Shown here in pieces: positions 9,288 through 21,300 of a stretch of DNA of 34,064 nucleotides. The first letter of the stretch is position 1, and the number at the start of each line of letters is the position of its first letter. Both the position numbers and the translations under genes were made by a program. The notes beneath the pieces were generated by a model that ran no database searches, was not told the origin of the DNA, and saw only the letters and a list, made by a program, of their open reading frames with translations. Source of the DNA: Thraustochytrium aureum (lineage: Eukaryota); assembly GCA_012862495.1 (NCBI GenBank), contig BLSG01000132.1, forward strand, positions 163,704 through 197,767, in the 5' to 3' direction.

Positions 9288-10851
9288 GGCTGTGGCCGCC
9301 GGTGCAGAAGGAATAGTTGCTAGCGAGGACTTGAAGGGCGCCGTGCCGCCGGCAGGAAATGGCGGAGACGCGAAAGATGGGCCCAAGCACCTCCTGGTTG
9401 TCACGCGCGGCACGCGTGGGGACGTGCAACCGTTCATCGCTCTAGCGCGGGGATTGTGCGAGCTGTTCGGGTGGACGGTCACAATCTGCACCGAGCTTCG
9501 CTACCGCGAGATGGTGAGGCGGTACAGCAATGTGAAGCGAGGGAAAATGCAGTGGCGGCCGAGCGGCGGAGACACAGAAACCCGGATCGCGGCCCCCATT
9601 GCCAAGTGGGCCGTTTCTACCAAGATGCGCCTCATGCACGCGGCCATGCTGGCCCGCACAGAGCGCGAGTTCTTCGACTCCGAGCCGGCCTTCTTCTACT
9701 GGGCGACAGTGCTGCGTCCAGACGTGATCTGCTACACGTTCACGACAGCCAACATCGCCATGATCATCAGCGAGTCGCTGCGCATCCCGCTAATCGGCTT
9801 CTTCCTCCAGCCCACCGTGCTCCCCTCGAAGCAGTACCCGGCCATTGTCCCCCTCCGCCTGGAAAAGCTCGACTCGGAGGCCAACCAGCTCGAGGTGAAC
9901 GGGCTCGAGAGCCACAAGGCGTTCCGGATGATCAAAGGCTGGTTTGAAAACAACGTCTTCTCGAAGCGGCTCGAGGAAATGCGCAAGAGGCGCGGCCTAG
10001 AGGTCACAAAGTGCCAGGAGAACGACTTTGAGCGCATCATCCGCGAGCGCCTTCCCCTGATCGTGCCCATAAAGTCGGGCGCGTTTGGCGGGCACCCAGA
10101 AGACTGGCCCCCAAGCTTCCACCTCACCGACTTTATTTTCTTGCGCGGCGAAGACATCCCTCCGCTCGGCACGGAGCTCGGCGGCTTCATCGACAAGGCT
10201 CACGAGAACAAGTGCCAGCTCATCGCCATCTGCTTCTCCTCAATGCCCATCTCGCGCATCAAGATTCTCGAGGCAGTGCTGCTCATATTGGACAAGTGCC
10301 CCGCACCGTACAAACCGGCCGTGATTGCGCTCGTCGGGGGGCGCCCGGTCGACGAGTCTATCCCAGACTCGATCAACGCGCGGACGAAAAAGTACTCGGA
10401 CAACGGCCGCCTGTACATCGCTGGCGGGGCGCCGTTTTCGCGGCTTTTCCCGCTCATGGACTTTATCGTGGTCCACGGCGGTCTGGGCACCACCGGCGAG
10501 GCGATGGCTGCTGGAGTGCCCTGCATGGTTACGGGCTGCTTGCTCATGGACCAGAGGTTTTGGGGCCGCCGCGTCTACGAGCTCGGGGTCGGGCCGCCGC
10601 CGTGCCACATCACCGACTTTAATTCGAAGATCATCGGGGTCCTCCCGGATGTCTTGGACAAAGACGGAGCGTACGCCAAGAGGGCTCGCCAAGTCGCCGC
10701 AGATTTGTTCCCTGGTGGCATCGAAGAAATGAGCGATGGCGTTGAGCTGAACTGCGAGGCCTTCAAGACCTGCTTCGCGACCTCTCGCGCAGTTCCGCGC
10801 CTTGACGCGCGGCGTCGCAGCAAGCTCAACCCCTTCCGCCCGAGCAGCTAG
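9288..10851 (+). CDS. GT1 UDP-glycosyltransferase, sterol 3-beta-glucosyltransferase-like (5' end in gap)
   Basis: N-terminal motif TRGTRGDVQPFIALARGL; UDP-sugar signature APFSRLFPLMDFIVVHGGLGTTGEAMAAGVP...DQRFWGRRVYELGVGP. The frame is open back into the N gap at 8500-9287. Confidence 0.88.
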
Positions 10852-11251
10852 CCAGGGAACTCTGGGCGGCGCTGCGGCAAAGCCTAGCCGCGCCCCTTTC
10901 TAACTACAAGAAAGAGCTTCAACACCAACCCGCGCACTTCAAAGGCCAGCCAGGCATCCAAAAAATACGCAGACCACTAGGCAACAGAGACCACGCAGTC
11001 GCTCGCGCGCCGCGGCGCTGGCTGGCTGCGCCCCATCAGCTCCGCTGGCGCGACCTCGTCCTCATCCGTCAAGATGGTCAATCAAACGAAAACAAACCCC
11101 AAAAAAACCCGCATACAACTCCCGCAGGTCGAAGACCTCACTTTTTTCATGATCATGAAGTCATCAGTCCGGCGCCAAGCGCATCCGGCAAGCAGAGCCG
11201 CACCGGAGCTGGACTTGCCACAGCAGCGAACGGGCCGGGCCGAGCAAGACG

Positions 11252-12732
11252 ATGGAGTTCGTGGTGGACGAGGGCGACATCAGCAAGTGCAAGGTGGAGG
11301 AGTCCGACGAGGTGACGATCAAGCACGGGCAAGTGCTCGTCAAGGTGGTCAAGACCGCGTTCACGTCCAACGTGGTGTCGTACGCGCTAGGGGGCCACGC
11401 GCTCGGGTACTTCAAGTTCTTTCCGAGCAGGAATGGCGCCGCGATCCCCACCTGGGGGATCGGAGTGGTGGTCGCCTCGAGGCACGAGGCCGTGCGCGAG
11501 GGCGAGCGGCTGTACGGATACTTTGCTTACGGGTCGCAGTTTGTCGCCCTGACAGTGTCCAACGTCCTGACCGGCTCGTTCGTCGACCTCTCCGAACACC
11601 GCAAGGATCTCTCGATCGTGTACAACACGTACAACCGCCTCAACTCGGGCGAGGACATCTTCTACTCGCCTGAAGCCGAGGACCTGATGATCCTCTTGCG
11701 GCCGCTCTTCCTCACGTCGTGGCTTCTCATGGACTTTTGCGAGCAGAGCGTGGCCCAGGACGCGGCTGCAGGCGGGGAGCGCCGCCTACGCAGATCATCC
11801 TCACCAGTGCGAGCAGAAGACTGCGTACGGCCTCGCCTACCTGCTCAAGCTCTGCTCCGACACGCCCTTTCGCGTTCTGGGGCTCACTTCGGATCGGAAC
11901 ATCAAGTTTGTGGCTGGCCTCGGCGTCTACGACGAGGTCGTGCCCTATGAGGACATTGAGGGGTGCATCGCGCCGGTCCAGGGAGCCAAGACGATCATGG
12001 TCGACATGTCCGGGAATGGCCCAGTTCTGCGCCGCGTCGTCGACCGCGTTCCGGACGTCCAGTGCAGCCTTGTTGGCGCCACGCATTGGGAAGAGGGTCT
12101 GGCCGACCTCCCAGGACGGTTTTTCTTCGCGCCGGCTCATGCGCAGAGCACCATCAAGCGCCTTGGCCAGGATTCGTTCNNNNNNNNNNNNNNNNNNNNN
12201 NNNNNNNNNNNNNNNNNNNNNNNNNNNNNNNNNNNNNNNNNNNNNNNNNNNNNNNNNNNNNNNNNNNNNNNNNNNNNNNNNNNNNNNNNNNNNNNNNNNN
12301 NNNNNNNNNNNNNNNNNNNNNNNNNNNNNNNNNNNNNNNNNNNNNNNNNNNNNNNNNNNNNNNNNNNNNNNNNNNNNNNNNNNNNNNNNNNNNNNNNNNN
12401 NNNNNNNNNNNNNNNNNNNNNNNNNNNNNNNNNNNNNNNNNNNNNNNNNNNNNNNNNNNNNNNNNNNNNNNNNNNNNNNNNNNNNNNNNNNNNNNNNNNN
12501 NNNNNNNNNNNNNNNNNNNNNNNNNNNNNNNNNNNNNNNNNNNNNNNNNNNNNNNGTCTCGCAGGACTGGAGGGCGTTCATCGAGCATGTTTCCAGCAAA
12601 GGCTGGTGCCGCATCGTCAAGCGCCACGGTGCGCAGGCTGTGCTTGAGACCTATCGCGGGGCGCTGAAGGAAGGCGTCGACCCGAGCGAGGGCGTGGTGA
12701 CCTCCATGTTTGACAGCACTTCCAAAATGTAG
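11252..12732 (+). CDS. DUF2855 family protein (MDR/oxidoreductase-like); frameshifts and gap
   Basis: GQVLVKVVKTAFTSNVVSYA...GYFKFFP...IPTWGIGVVVASRH...GERLYGYF, LLRPLFLTSWLLMDF, IILTSAS(S)KTAYGLAYLL, VDMSGN, LVGATHW, FFFAP, and a C-terminal GVDPSEG. Indels lie near 11775 and 11816; N gap 12180-12555. Confidence 0.82.
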
Positions 12733-12803
12733 GTGGGTCATCGCGCCCAAAGCGCGCCACTGGCAGCAGAATCAACCCTTTTCCATCATTATTTCACAAA
12801 TGA

Positions 12804-13820
12804 CTAGATCGCGTCGGCCGCGTCGCCGCCGCCGCCGCCGCCGCCAATCAAGTTGCCGTCGTCCCCTGTCGTTGCAAGGGCTCCAAGTCCACCGTGCACA
12901 AACCTGCGCACGAGGGCCTGCGTGGCCGGCGCGCCGAGAATGTCAAAGTGGTCCGCTCCAGCGACCTGTCGCAGCCAGCACTTGCACGCGCGAGGTGAGT
13001 TCCACAGCGCCACCGCGTCGGCGCGCAGCATCGGGAGCTCGTGCTCCGCCACGACCAAGAGCAGCTCGCCGCGAAAGCGCTGCATGACAGCAGAGTGCGC
13101 AAGCCGGGTGGCTTGCGCCCGCAGCACGCGCTCCGCGGGGTCTTGGGGCTTTCCGAGAAGTTCGTCCAGCATCAGCCAGCTCCCTGGTAGCGCACCGGCG
13201 AGGTTGCCAAGGTCATAAACGCCCGAGACGCCAACAACGCCGCTCGCGACCCGGTCCCGCGCAGAAGCGCTCATTGTCGCGTGGCAGGCCAGTAGCGCCC
13301 CGGCGCTATGCCCCAGCGCAACCACGCGGTTTGGGTCGCCGGAGAAGGTGGCTGCGTTCGCTTTGACCCAGGCCAGGGCGCGGCGCACATCGTCCACAGG
13401 ACCCGGCCATGGCGCGTCAAGCCTGTACCCTACCGAGACGGCTACAACCCCGGCGCTCGCAGCCATCTTGGACGCAAAAGCGGCCACTGCGGGGGCCTTG
13501 CGGCTCCCAGCGCGAAACCCGCCGCCATGCACGACGACCAGCACTGGCGCATTTTCAACGGGGCCGCCTCGCGACGCGTCTCCAGCACCCGTGGGCTCGC
13601 CATCTGGAGCATAGACATCCACTCTACACTGCTCATGCGACGCGCCATATTCCAAGTCTGGCCAGCACGCAACGCGTCCCTGCAGCCCAACACGAAGGTC
13701 GCCCGTGCTGTCTTCGCCGAGCACCCTCCGTCGAACTTCGCTCGCCGCCATCCCCGCCGCATCGTCAAGGATCACGCGCACGAGCCCACGCGCATTGCGC
13801 ACAACGTCTCCGACCACCAT
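12804..13820 (-). CDS. Alpha/beta hydrolase (HSL-like esterase / kynurenine formamidase-like)
   Basis: YGASHEQCRVDVY, oxyanion motif VHGGGF, VGYRL, GDPNRVVALGHSAGA (nucleophile Ser), SGVYDL, GADHFDI (catalytic His). First ATG is at 13820; an upstream exon cannot be excluded. Confidence 0.88.
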   Translation of the reverse strand: MVVGDVVRNARGLVRVILDDAAGMAASEVRRRVLGEDSTGDLRVGLQGRVACWPDLEYGASHEQCRVDVYAPDGEPTGAGDASRGGPVENAPVLVVVHGGGFRAGSRKAPAVAAFASKMAASAGVVAVSVGYRLDAPWPGPVDDVRRALAWVKANAATFSGDPNRVVALGHSAGALLACHATMSASARDRVASGVVGVSGVYDLGNLAGALPGSWLMLDELLGKPQDPAERVLRAQATRLAHSAVMQRFRGELLLVVAEHELPMLRADAVALWNSPRACKCWLRQVAGADHFDILGAPATQALVRRFVHGGLGALATTGDDGNLIGGGGGGGDAADAI

Positions 13821-14055
13821 CACCGCCGCGCTGCGCGTGCGCGACGCAGTTCATCCATCAGTATCCTGAACGAGCACTGCGTCCATCGCTCGCGTCCATC
13901 GCGTCCATCCCCCTGTCCATCCAGCCATAAAACGAGGAAAGGCAGCAAGCAGCCGCGCAGCAGGACGAGCGCACGCCGAAGACAGCAGCCGTCTCGTCCG
14001 CGAGCTGCGCCGCTCCTGGGAGGGATCGAGAGCGCGAGAGCGCGCCGCCATCGTC

Positions 14056-14117
14056 CCATCCATCCATCCATCCATCCATCCATCCATCCACCCATCTCAT
14101 CCATCTAACCGTCCATC
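14056..14117. repeat. (CCAT)n microsatellite
   Basis: About 8 perfect CCAT units followed by degenerate copies. Confidence 0.9.
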
Positions 14118-14403
14118 CTTTCGTCCTCAATCAAAACAAGAAGAGACAGCAGCCGCATAGGAGGAAGGACGCTCGCAGCAGGCCGCAGCCGTCGCGCCCG
14201 CGAGCCGAGCCGCGCTGCGCCGGAGAGGGATCGAGAGCGCGCCGCAGTCATCCATCCGCTCGCACCCTTCGTCGCTCCATCCCGCGACCGCCATCCCGAG
14301 CAGACNNNNNNNNNNNNNNNNNNNNNNNNNNNNNNNNNNNNNNNNNNNNNNNNNNNNNNNNNNNNNNNNNNNNNNNNNNNNNNNNNNNNNNNNNNNNNNN
14401 NNN

Positions 14404-17400
14404 GTCAGGGAGCTCGAGTTGGTGTTCCCGCGGAAGAAGATGGTGGTGCAGCACGGCGAGCTCGCGGATCTTGCGCCGCCCGTGGCGCGCGCGGATGAGG
14501 ACGAGGCGATGGCGGCGCCGCTGGGGACGCCGCCGCAGATGCAGTTTCGCCCGCCGACGGTCGAGCCCCCACCGGCCGGGATACTCAAGTCCTCCTGGGA
14601 AGCGAAGCACAGCGAGGTCGTCCCGAGCTGCGTCGTGCTCGTTGTGCCCTTGCCCCGAACGACGGAGGCGAGTCTGACGCCCGGGCATGCGCTCAGGTGG
14701 AATCACTGCGACGCGCGATGCGCGGCCACGAATCGGCGGTGCGCGCCGTCGTCGTGCTCTACTACGAGAGCGAGGTCCCCACGACCCTGCAGGTCCCGCA
14801 GCAGACCGAGGCGGCGCAAGGACGGGCGCTCGCGCTGGCGGAGCGCCTTGGCCTGGACCCGCGGCTCGTTCTGCTCGTCTGCAGCGCAGACGTGGGCGAG
14901 GTGGCGCTGACGACGCTCGTGGGCACGGTGTGGGAGGCTTCCAACGCTTATTACCACGCCAAGGTCCGCTCGCTGCAAGCCAAGTTGCAATCTGGCGAGG
15001 CGGCGTCGCCAGGCGCGCTCGCGCTCGCGGCCAGGCGCCACTTCAAGCTCGCCAAGTTCAACGAGGCGCTACGCGCGACAGGCAAGGTGCTCGGGCACTA
15101 CGAGTCCTCGTACCAGGCTTGCGAGGCGCTCGCGGCGCTCGCGCTGCGGGCTGCGGCTTCCGGGACCGCCGGTGAGTTGATCAACCTGCAGCCGGGCAAC
15201 TACTGCGCGATGGAGATCAAGTCGGTTGCCGAGTACCTGCACTACCGCATTTGCGCGACGCAGGCCGGCGCTGCTCGCAGCGCCCGCGTAGCGCTGGCCC
15301 AGTTCGACCGGCACATGGCCGTTTTCGGCCCGTTAGAGGGGCCCGCGTCGCTGCGCTTCCAGCACTGGGAGTGGATGATGCGCCAGCACTTTGTCTTTGC
15401 TCGCGTCGTGAGCGACCTCGGCACCGCGGTGTCCTTATCGGGGCTCTCGCGCCTCGACCGGCAGCGCTGCGACACGCTCTACCATCTGCGGCTCGCGGCG
15501 CGGTCGCGGTGCTGCGGCGCGAGGCCTCGCAGGCCCTTGGCCTTTCCGCCCTGGCGATGCGCCCTCGGAGAGCCAGGAGCGCCTCGAGCAGGAGGTCGCG
15601 GGCTTCTGTGCGCGCCTCGGTGTCGAGGCGTCCCCGAGCCCGTATTACGGGGGCTTGCCGCTGCTTTCGCGGGCCGTAGACCAGGCTGGCGCCCACGCAC
15701 TCGTCCAGGCCCTGCACTACCTCGATGAGTGCAAGCGGCGCCAGAGCAAGATGGCCTTCCAGCTCCTCGAGCAGGTGTACAAGTCGCTCACAAAGCCGAG
15801 TCGCAAGGCCCAATCGCCGCGACTTGTTAGCAGTACGCAGGCGCGGATGGCGGCCGAGCAGATGCACATGGGCCAGCTTGCGAGCGCCTTGCGAGGTCTA
15901 GTGCAGTCCAGTGCAGTGTTCTACCGCGAAGGCTGGTTCGACCTGTGCGCCCCGATGCTGGAAGACATTTTCTCCTGCGCCCAGAAACTGTGCCCCGAGG
16001 CGGACCCGTCCCCTCTGCCGCCCAGTCGCGAGCCCGAGTTTGACGTGGACCGCATCAAGGACCGTCGCGCCGTGGTTTTGAGCGCGATTCGGCTTCTCGC
16101 CGCCAAGGGCCTCTCCCTGGAGAAGAAGAGGCGCGTGGGCGCGCAGCTCTTGTCATGGGTGCGTCGGCCAATGCGCCCAGACGCAGGCGACGACGCGGCC
16201 CCAGACGGCACGATGCTCAAACTGGCCTTCTCGCTAGACGGCCTGCAGGAGCCGCTCTTGCGATGGGCGGCCACCTTTTCGGAACCGCTCGCAGTGGTCG
16301 GCTCCAAGTTGCTCGTCCACCTCCGCGTCCAGTCCCTGCTGCCTGTAGCAGCATCGTTCGACTCGCTCACGGTAATATTCAACGACGCGCGCCACCAGAT
16401 TGACCTGCACGGCCAAGCAGCCCCTGGCAAGAGCGCGGGGGACGCAGCGCCACCGGCTCCAGCAGCGCTAGAGAATGGGGCAAGCGTCTCGCTTGACTTT
16501 GAGGCGGGACAGACCAAGGAGTTTTCCGTCGTGCTAAACGTGCTGGAAATCCACCCGGACGGGCCAGCCTTAGCGCCGCGCTCGAAACCCAAGCAGCGTG
16601 CCGATAGTCTAGCCATCACAGTGCACAAGCCGTCCGAGACGGTTCGCACGCTTCGCGCGATCCGTGTGCAGCTCAAGTTGGTCGGCGCTTCCGCCGCCGA
16701 TCGGCTCACCAACGTGGCGGCGCGCGGGGCGGGCAACGACGGCCTGTTGCGCCTTTCGGGCGTCTCGCTGTGGTCCTCGTTGCGCCTTGACCTGCCGCAG
16801 CGTCTCGCGGGGCCGGCGCAGCAGTTTAATGGCGAGCGAGAAATGTACGATCTCGGTTGTGGGGCCGCGCAAGTCGCCGTGGCCCGAGATCCCCTCGAGG
16901 GACCAAGCGGGCGTTCTGCGAGCATTGGCTCGTTTCAGTCGCTCGAGGTGCTCGATTACACTTCGGCCGCCAAGCTAGACCTTGATCACGACGGCTACGC
17001 TCTCGTCGGAGAGCTGTATCCGCTCTCGATCCAGATCCGCGCAGGACCGAACGAGGCCATCGAGGACGGCCAGATCTGGCTCTCATGTGACCCCCCCTTG
17101 CAGTCCAAGTCGACTCCGTTCTTCTACAGGGCCAAGGACCACCCGCTCCCTTTGCACACTGGGACGATGCAGCCCAGCGAGGCTGTTGTCAGCCGGCTCT
17201 CTGTCGCGCAAGGTTCGTTCGCGACGGTGCCCCTGTTCTGCTTGTTCAACTCCCTGCCGTACTCCGAGTCTGCCAAAATCAGGCAGTGCCGCATGTGCAC
17301 GGTCCGTCTCGTGTATCGCGTCCCAGACCTGGGAGTCCGAGTCGCTCTCGAGCAGGCCTTTGAGGTCCCGTGTTGCCTCCCATTCACAAGCGCAGTGAGC

Positions 17401-18144
17401 CTCGTCCCTCCGGACCTGCACGAGCCGGTGTCGCTGCATGCCCATGTTCCCTGCTTGGTGGAACTGCAGCTCGAGTGCTCTCCTGCGCTCGAAGGCGAGG
17501 GGGTGCGCGTCCTCGACGTCGTGGTGCAGCCGTCGTCCAGCTCGACGGCGGCAGCGCTCACAGAGCCCCACTTCGACCCCGCGTCAGAGGACGGCATGTC
17601 TGGCGGTGGGGCCGATGTCTCCGTCCTCGCCGAACCGCAGACCTTGGCGGGCGGCGACAGGCTATCGGTTGGGTTTGACATCACCGCGTGCGAAGTCAGC
17701 GAACAGTGCGTCTTGGGATGCGTTTCCGTGTCTTGGGTGCGCGCTGGGTGCACCGACAGGGAGATCTCGACAATGTACATCCCGCTGCCGCGCCCGAGAG
17801 TCGAGTTTTCCCAGTTCCGGTTCTCGGTGACGACCTCGCCTGCGAGGGAGAACAAACGCGTCGGGCATCCATTCTACATGGTCCTGCACGTGACCAACAC
17901 GACCGAGATCGCGCAAGAGCTCCAGCTCACTATCGAAGACGCCCCGGTGTTTTTCCGCGCCGGGTCGACCAGGTGCGCGGTCGTGCTTGCCCCGCTGGGC
18001 ACGGCGGAGGTCCCGTTCGCGCTCGTGCCGCTTGCGCCAGGCAACTTGTTGCTGCCGTCAGTCGTCATCGAGTCCTCCCGCCTCATGGCCCAGTTTGTGG
18101 TGCCCTCACCGGCTGAGGCAATGCTGTTTGTGGCGCCAGCGTAA
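14404..18144 (+). CDS. TRAPPC11: Trafficking protein particle complex subunit 11 (foie gras/gryzun); 5' end in gap, three apparent frameshifts
   Basis: PAGILKSSWEAKHSEVVPSCVV, RRHFKLAKFNE, MEIKSVAEYLHYRIC, QFDRHM, FQHWEWMMRQHFVFA, YREGWFDL, ALVGELYP, and C-terminal FFRAGS...FALVPLAPGNLLLPSV. Frame changes occur near 14680, 15506 and 15548. Confidence 0.9.
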
Positions 18145-18380
18145 GCTCTTCGGCCGGGCGGCTTGTCAAGCGCTCTCTTGTCCGTTTCCAGGCGCCGTTT
18201 CCAGGCGCCCTTTCTTCGGCCGTCGAAGCGGCGCCTCGGGGCATGGCGCGGCGCGGCACGGCAACTGGGCAGCACTCGAACAACACCTTGTGCGCTGTGG
18301 CACTGACACATCGACCGACAACGCAAGTCTACGTAAAGGATGAAACTCTCGCATTTGAACAACGCTGGTTGGAACAGCAG

Positions 18381-21300
18381 CTAAGCCCCGCCGACGAGCG
18401 CCTTGAGCGTGCCCATCGAGGTCTGCAAAGCGTTACTCGTAGCCTGCAACTCCACCAACCGCTCGCGGTCTTTGGCAATAACGTGCGGCGGCGCCTTGCT
18501 CTGGTACCGCTCAGAGTCCAACGTAGCGCGCAGTCGCTCCTCTTGCTTGTGCGCCTTGCCCAGTTGGTTCGCGAGACGCTTAATTTCCTTCGCGACCTTC
18601 TCGCGTTCGCCGTGCTCGAAGCGCAGCGGAAGCCGGACGACAAGCCCCGGCCGAAGCGCTTGCTCCAGCGCGGGCCCGACCTCGGCACCGCCGTCGTCGT
18701 GAACAAACTCAACTGCGGCGAACCGAGAGAGCGCTAGCATGACCCCTTCGTTGGCGCGGAGCACATTGACGGCGTCTGCGGCGTCTGCGGAGGTTGAGAC
18801 AAGCTGCACGCGCTGGCTCAACGTCTTCGCATCCAGGACGCCAACGAGCTTCTCGCGGAGCCCGCGCGACGCGCTGACGCAGGCCATCACAAGACCCATG
18901 TCCCGCTCTGCCTCCACGTCGCGTGCCTGGCCCCAGACCGCAACGCTTGGGAATGGCTGGGACGCAATAGAGTCGGCCCCGCTGCAGGTTTCGCGGCGCG
19001 AGCAGCCAGAGATGATTGGGGCACTCCTCTGCACGACATGGCTCGCCAGGCAACGGTGCCAGAGCTCTTCAGTAATAAATGGGGCCAGTGGGTGCAGCAG
19101 GCGAAGTGTGGCGTCCACGCAGTCGACGAGGACACGAAGCGTGGCCTCGCGCTCCGCTTGGTCGCGCAGCAACCTCTTGCTGGCCTCCAGGTAGACGTCG
19201 CAAAAGTCCGACACGACGAAATCAAAAACCGCCTGTGTAACGCGGGCTAGGTCCGCCTCGCCGTGAGCGGTCTCGCACGCCTCCACGCACCCAGCGAGTC
19301 GGCTGCAAATCCACCTGGTCTCCAGCGGCAGCGCAACGTCAGCGAGGCGGCCGGAGCTTGAGGTGCCAGCGGACGGGGGAGGCTCTTGCATGAGCACGAA
19401 GCGAACCGCGTTCCACAGTTTGTTGCCAAAGTGGCGCCAAGTCACCACGCGCGAGAGGTCCAAGTTGATGGCCTCACCGCTGTGCATGTATGACGCCAGC
19501 GCGAGCCGCAGGGCATCGGCGCCGCAAGCCGGGATCCCGTCAGGGAACTCGGCGCGCAAGTTGTCGGAGGCACGGCCCACCTCCTTCGTGTCCAAGTTGC
19601 CGCTCCGCAGCCCCTCGAGCAACGCTTCCAAAGTTGTCCCGTCGATCACGTTGAGCGGGTCGATCACGTTCCCGAGCGACTTTGACATCTTTCGCCCTTG
19701 GCGGTCGCGGATGATCGGGTGCAAGAAGACCTTTTGGAACGGCGGCTCCCCGCCCTCATGCATTTCCGAGCACAGCATGACCATCCGCGCCACCCAGAAA
19801 AAGAGGATATCGGCGCCCGTTTCCATGAGCGACAGCGGATACGCGCTCTTGTCAAAGGCCAGCGCGTCGGGCCATCCAAGCGCAGACAGCGGGAAGAGTG
19901 CCGAGGAAAACCACGTGTCTAACACGTCCTCGTCCTGCTTCAACACAAATGACCCCGGAGTGAGGCCGTGCTCTGCGGCAGCCAGGCGCTCTGCCTCCTC
20001 GCGCGTCGCGGCCACGACCCACCGCTCCTCGCTGGCGTCTCCCAAGCCGTTCTCGCTGCTGCCAGGTACGGCGACCACCCGGAAAGCGGGAATGCGGTGG
20101 CCCCACCAGAGCTGTCGCGAAACGCACCAGTCGCGGATGTTGGACAGGAAGTGCTCCCACGTTTTCGCGTGCCAAGCAGGCTGTATGTCGAGTTTGCCGT
20201 TGCGAGCTAGGTCGAGGGCCTTTTGGGCCATCGCGTCGCACCGAACGAACCACTGCGGCTTTAGCATGGGCTCAATCAGGTCGCCCGACCTCGAGCATCG
20301 CGCGATGCGCATCGGGTTAGCGCGCTTGCCTCGGTAGAGGCCAAGTTGCTCAAGTCGACGTACTAGCTCGGAGCGGGCGGCAAATCTGTCCATGCCGGCC
20401 ATCTCTGGCCCGCAGGCGGCGTTGAGCTTGCCGTCGTCGTCGAGGATGGTGATCGAAGGCAGTCCGTGTCGCTGGCCGCACGCAAAGTCGTTCTCGTCGT
20501 GAGCCGGGGTGACCTTGACGGCCCCGGTCCCAAGCTCCATGTCCACGAGCTGGGCGTCGAGCACAATGGGGATCTCCCGGTCGGGAAAGAACGGGTGGAC
20601 CACAGCTTTGCCGTGCAGGCTGGCGTAGCGCGGGTCGTCCGGGTGGATGGCAACTGCAGTGTCGCCTAGCATAGTTTCTAGCCGTGTGGTGCTGACGACG
20701 AGCTCGCCGCCGCCCTTGACTGGGTACGCAAAGTCGTGCATGACTCCGAGCTCAACAGCCGCTTGCTGCCCGGGAAGGCGTACCATCAACGCCCCGCCTA
20801 GCTCTTCGTGCTCGACCTCGAGGTCCGAGATGACAGTGCGCAAGTGCGGGCACCAGTTCACCAGGCGCACGTCGCGATAGATGAGCCCCCGGCGGTGCAA
20901 CTCGACGAAGGTCTCCGTGACGGCGCGCGACCGAATCTCGTCCATGGTGAACACCTCCCTGTCCCAGTCGAGCCGCGCCCCAAGGCGGCTCAGCTGCGTC
21001 CCGATCTTGCCCTTGTGCTCGCCGACCCACTCCCAAACGCGCTCTAAAAACGCGTCGCGTCCAAGGTCGTGCCGAGTGAGACCCTCGGCTTTTGCGAGGC
21101 GCCGCTCCACGACAGCCTGGGTGGCGATTCCGGCGTGGTCCATGCCTGGCACCCACACCACCTTGTCTCCGCGCATTTCGTGGTAGCGCACCAAAGCGTC
21201 TTGCACGGTCACGGTGAGCGCATGCCCAATGTGCAGCTGGCCTGTCACGTTGGGCGGCGGGATGACCATCGAGAAGACCTTCCCCGAGGACGGCTTGCCT

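Noticed and set aside
8226..9491. ORFs spanning the 8500-9287 gap and other gaps
   Set aside because: They are open only because of N runs.
14404..15660. Programmed frameshifting or pseudogenisation of TRAPPC11
   Set aside because: No consistent slippery motif was seen, conserved motifs are intact, and the region flanks a gap. Sequencing error is more parsimonious.
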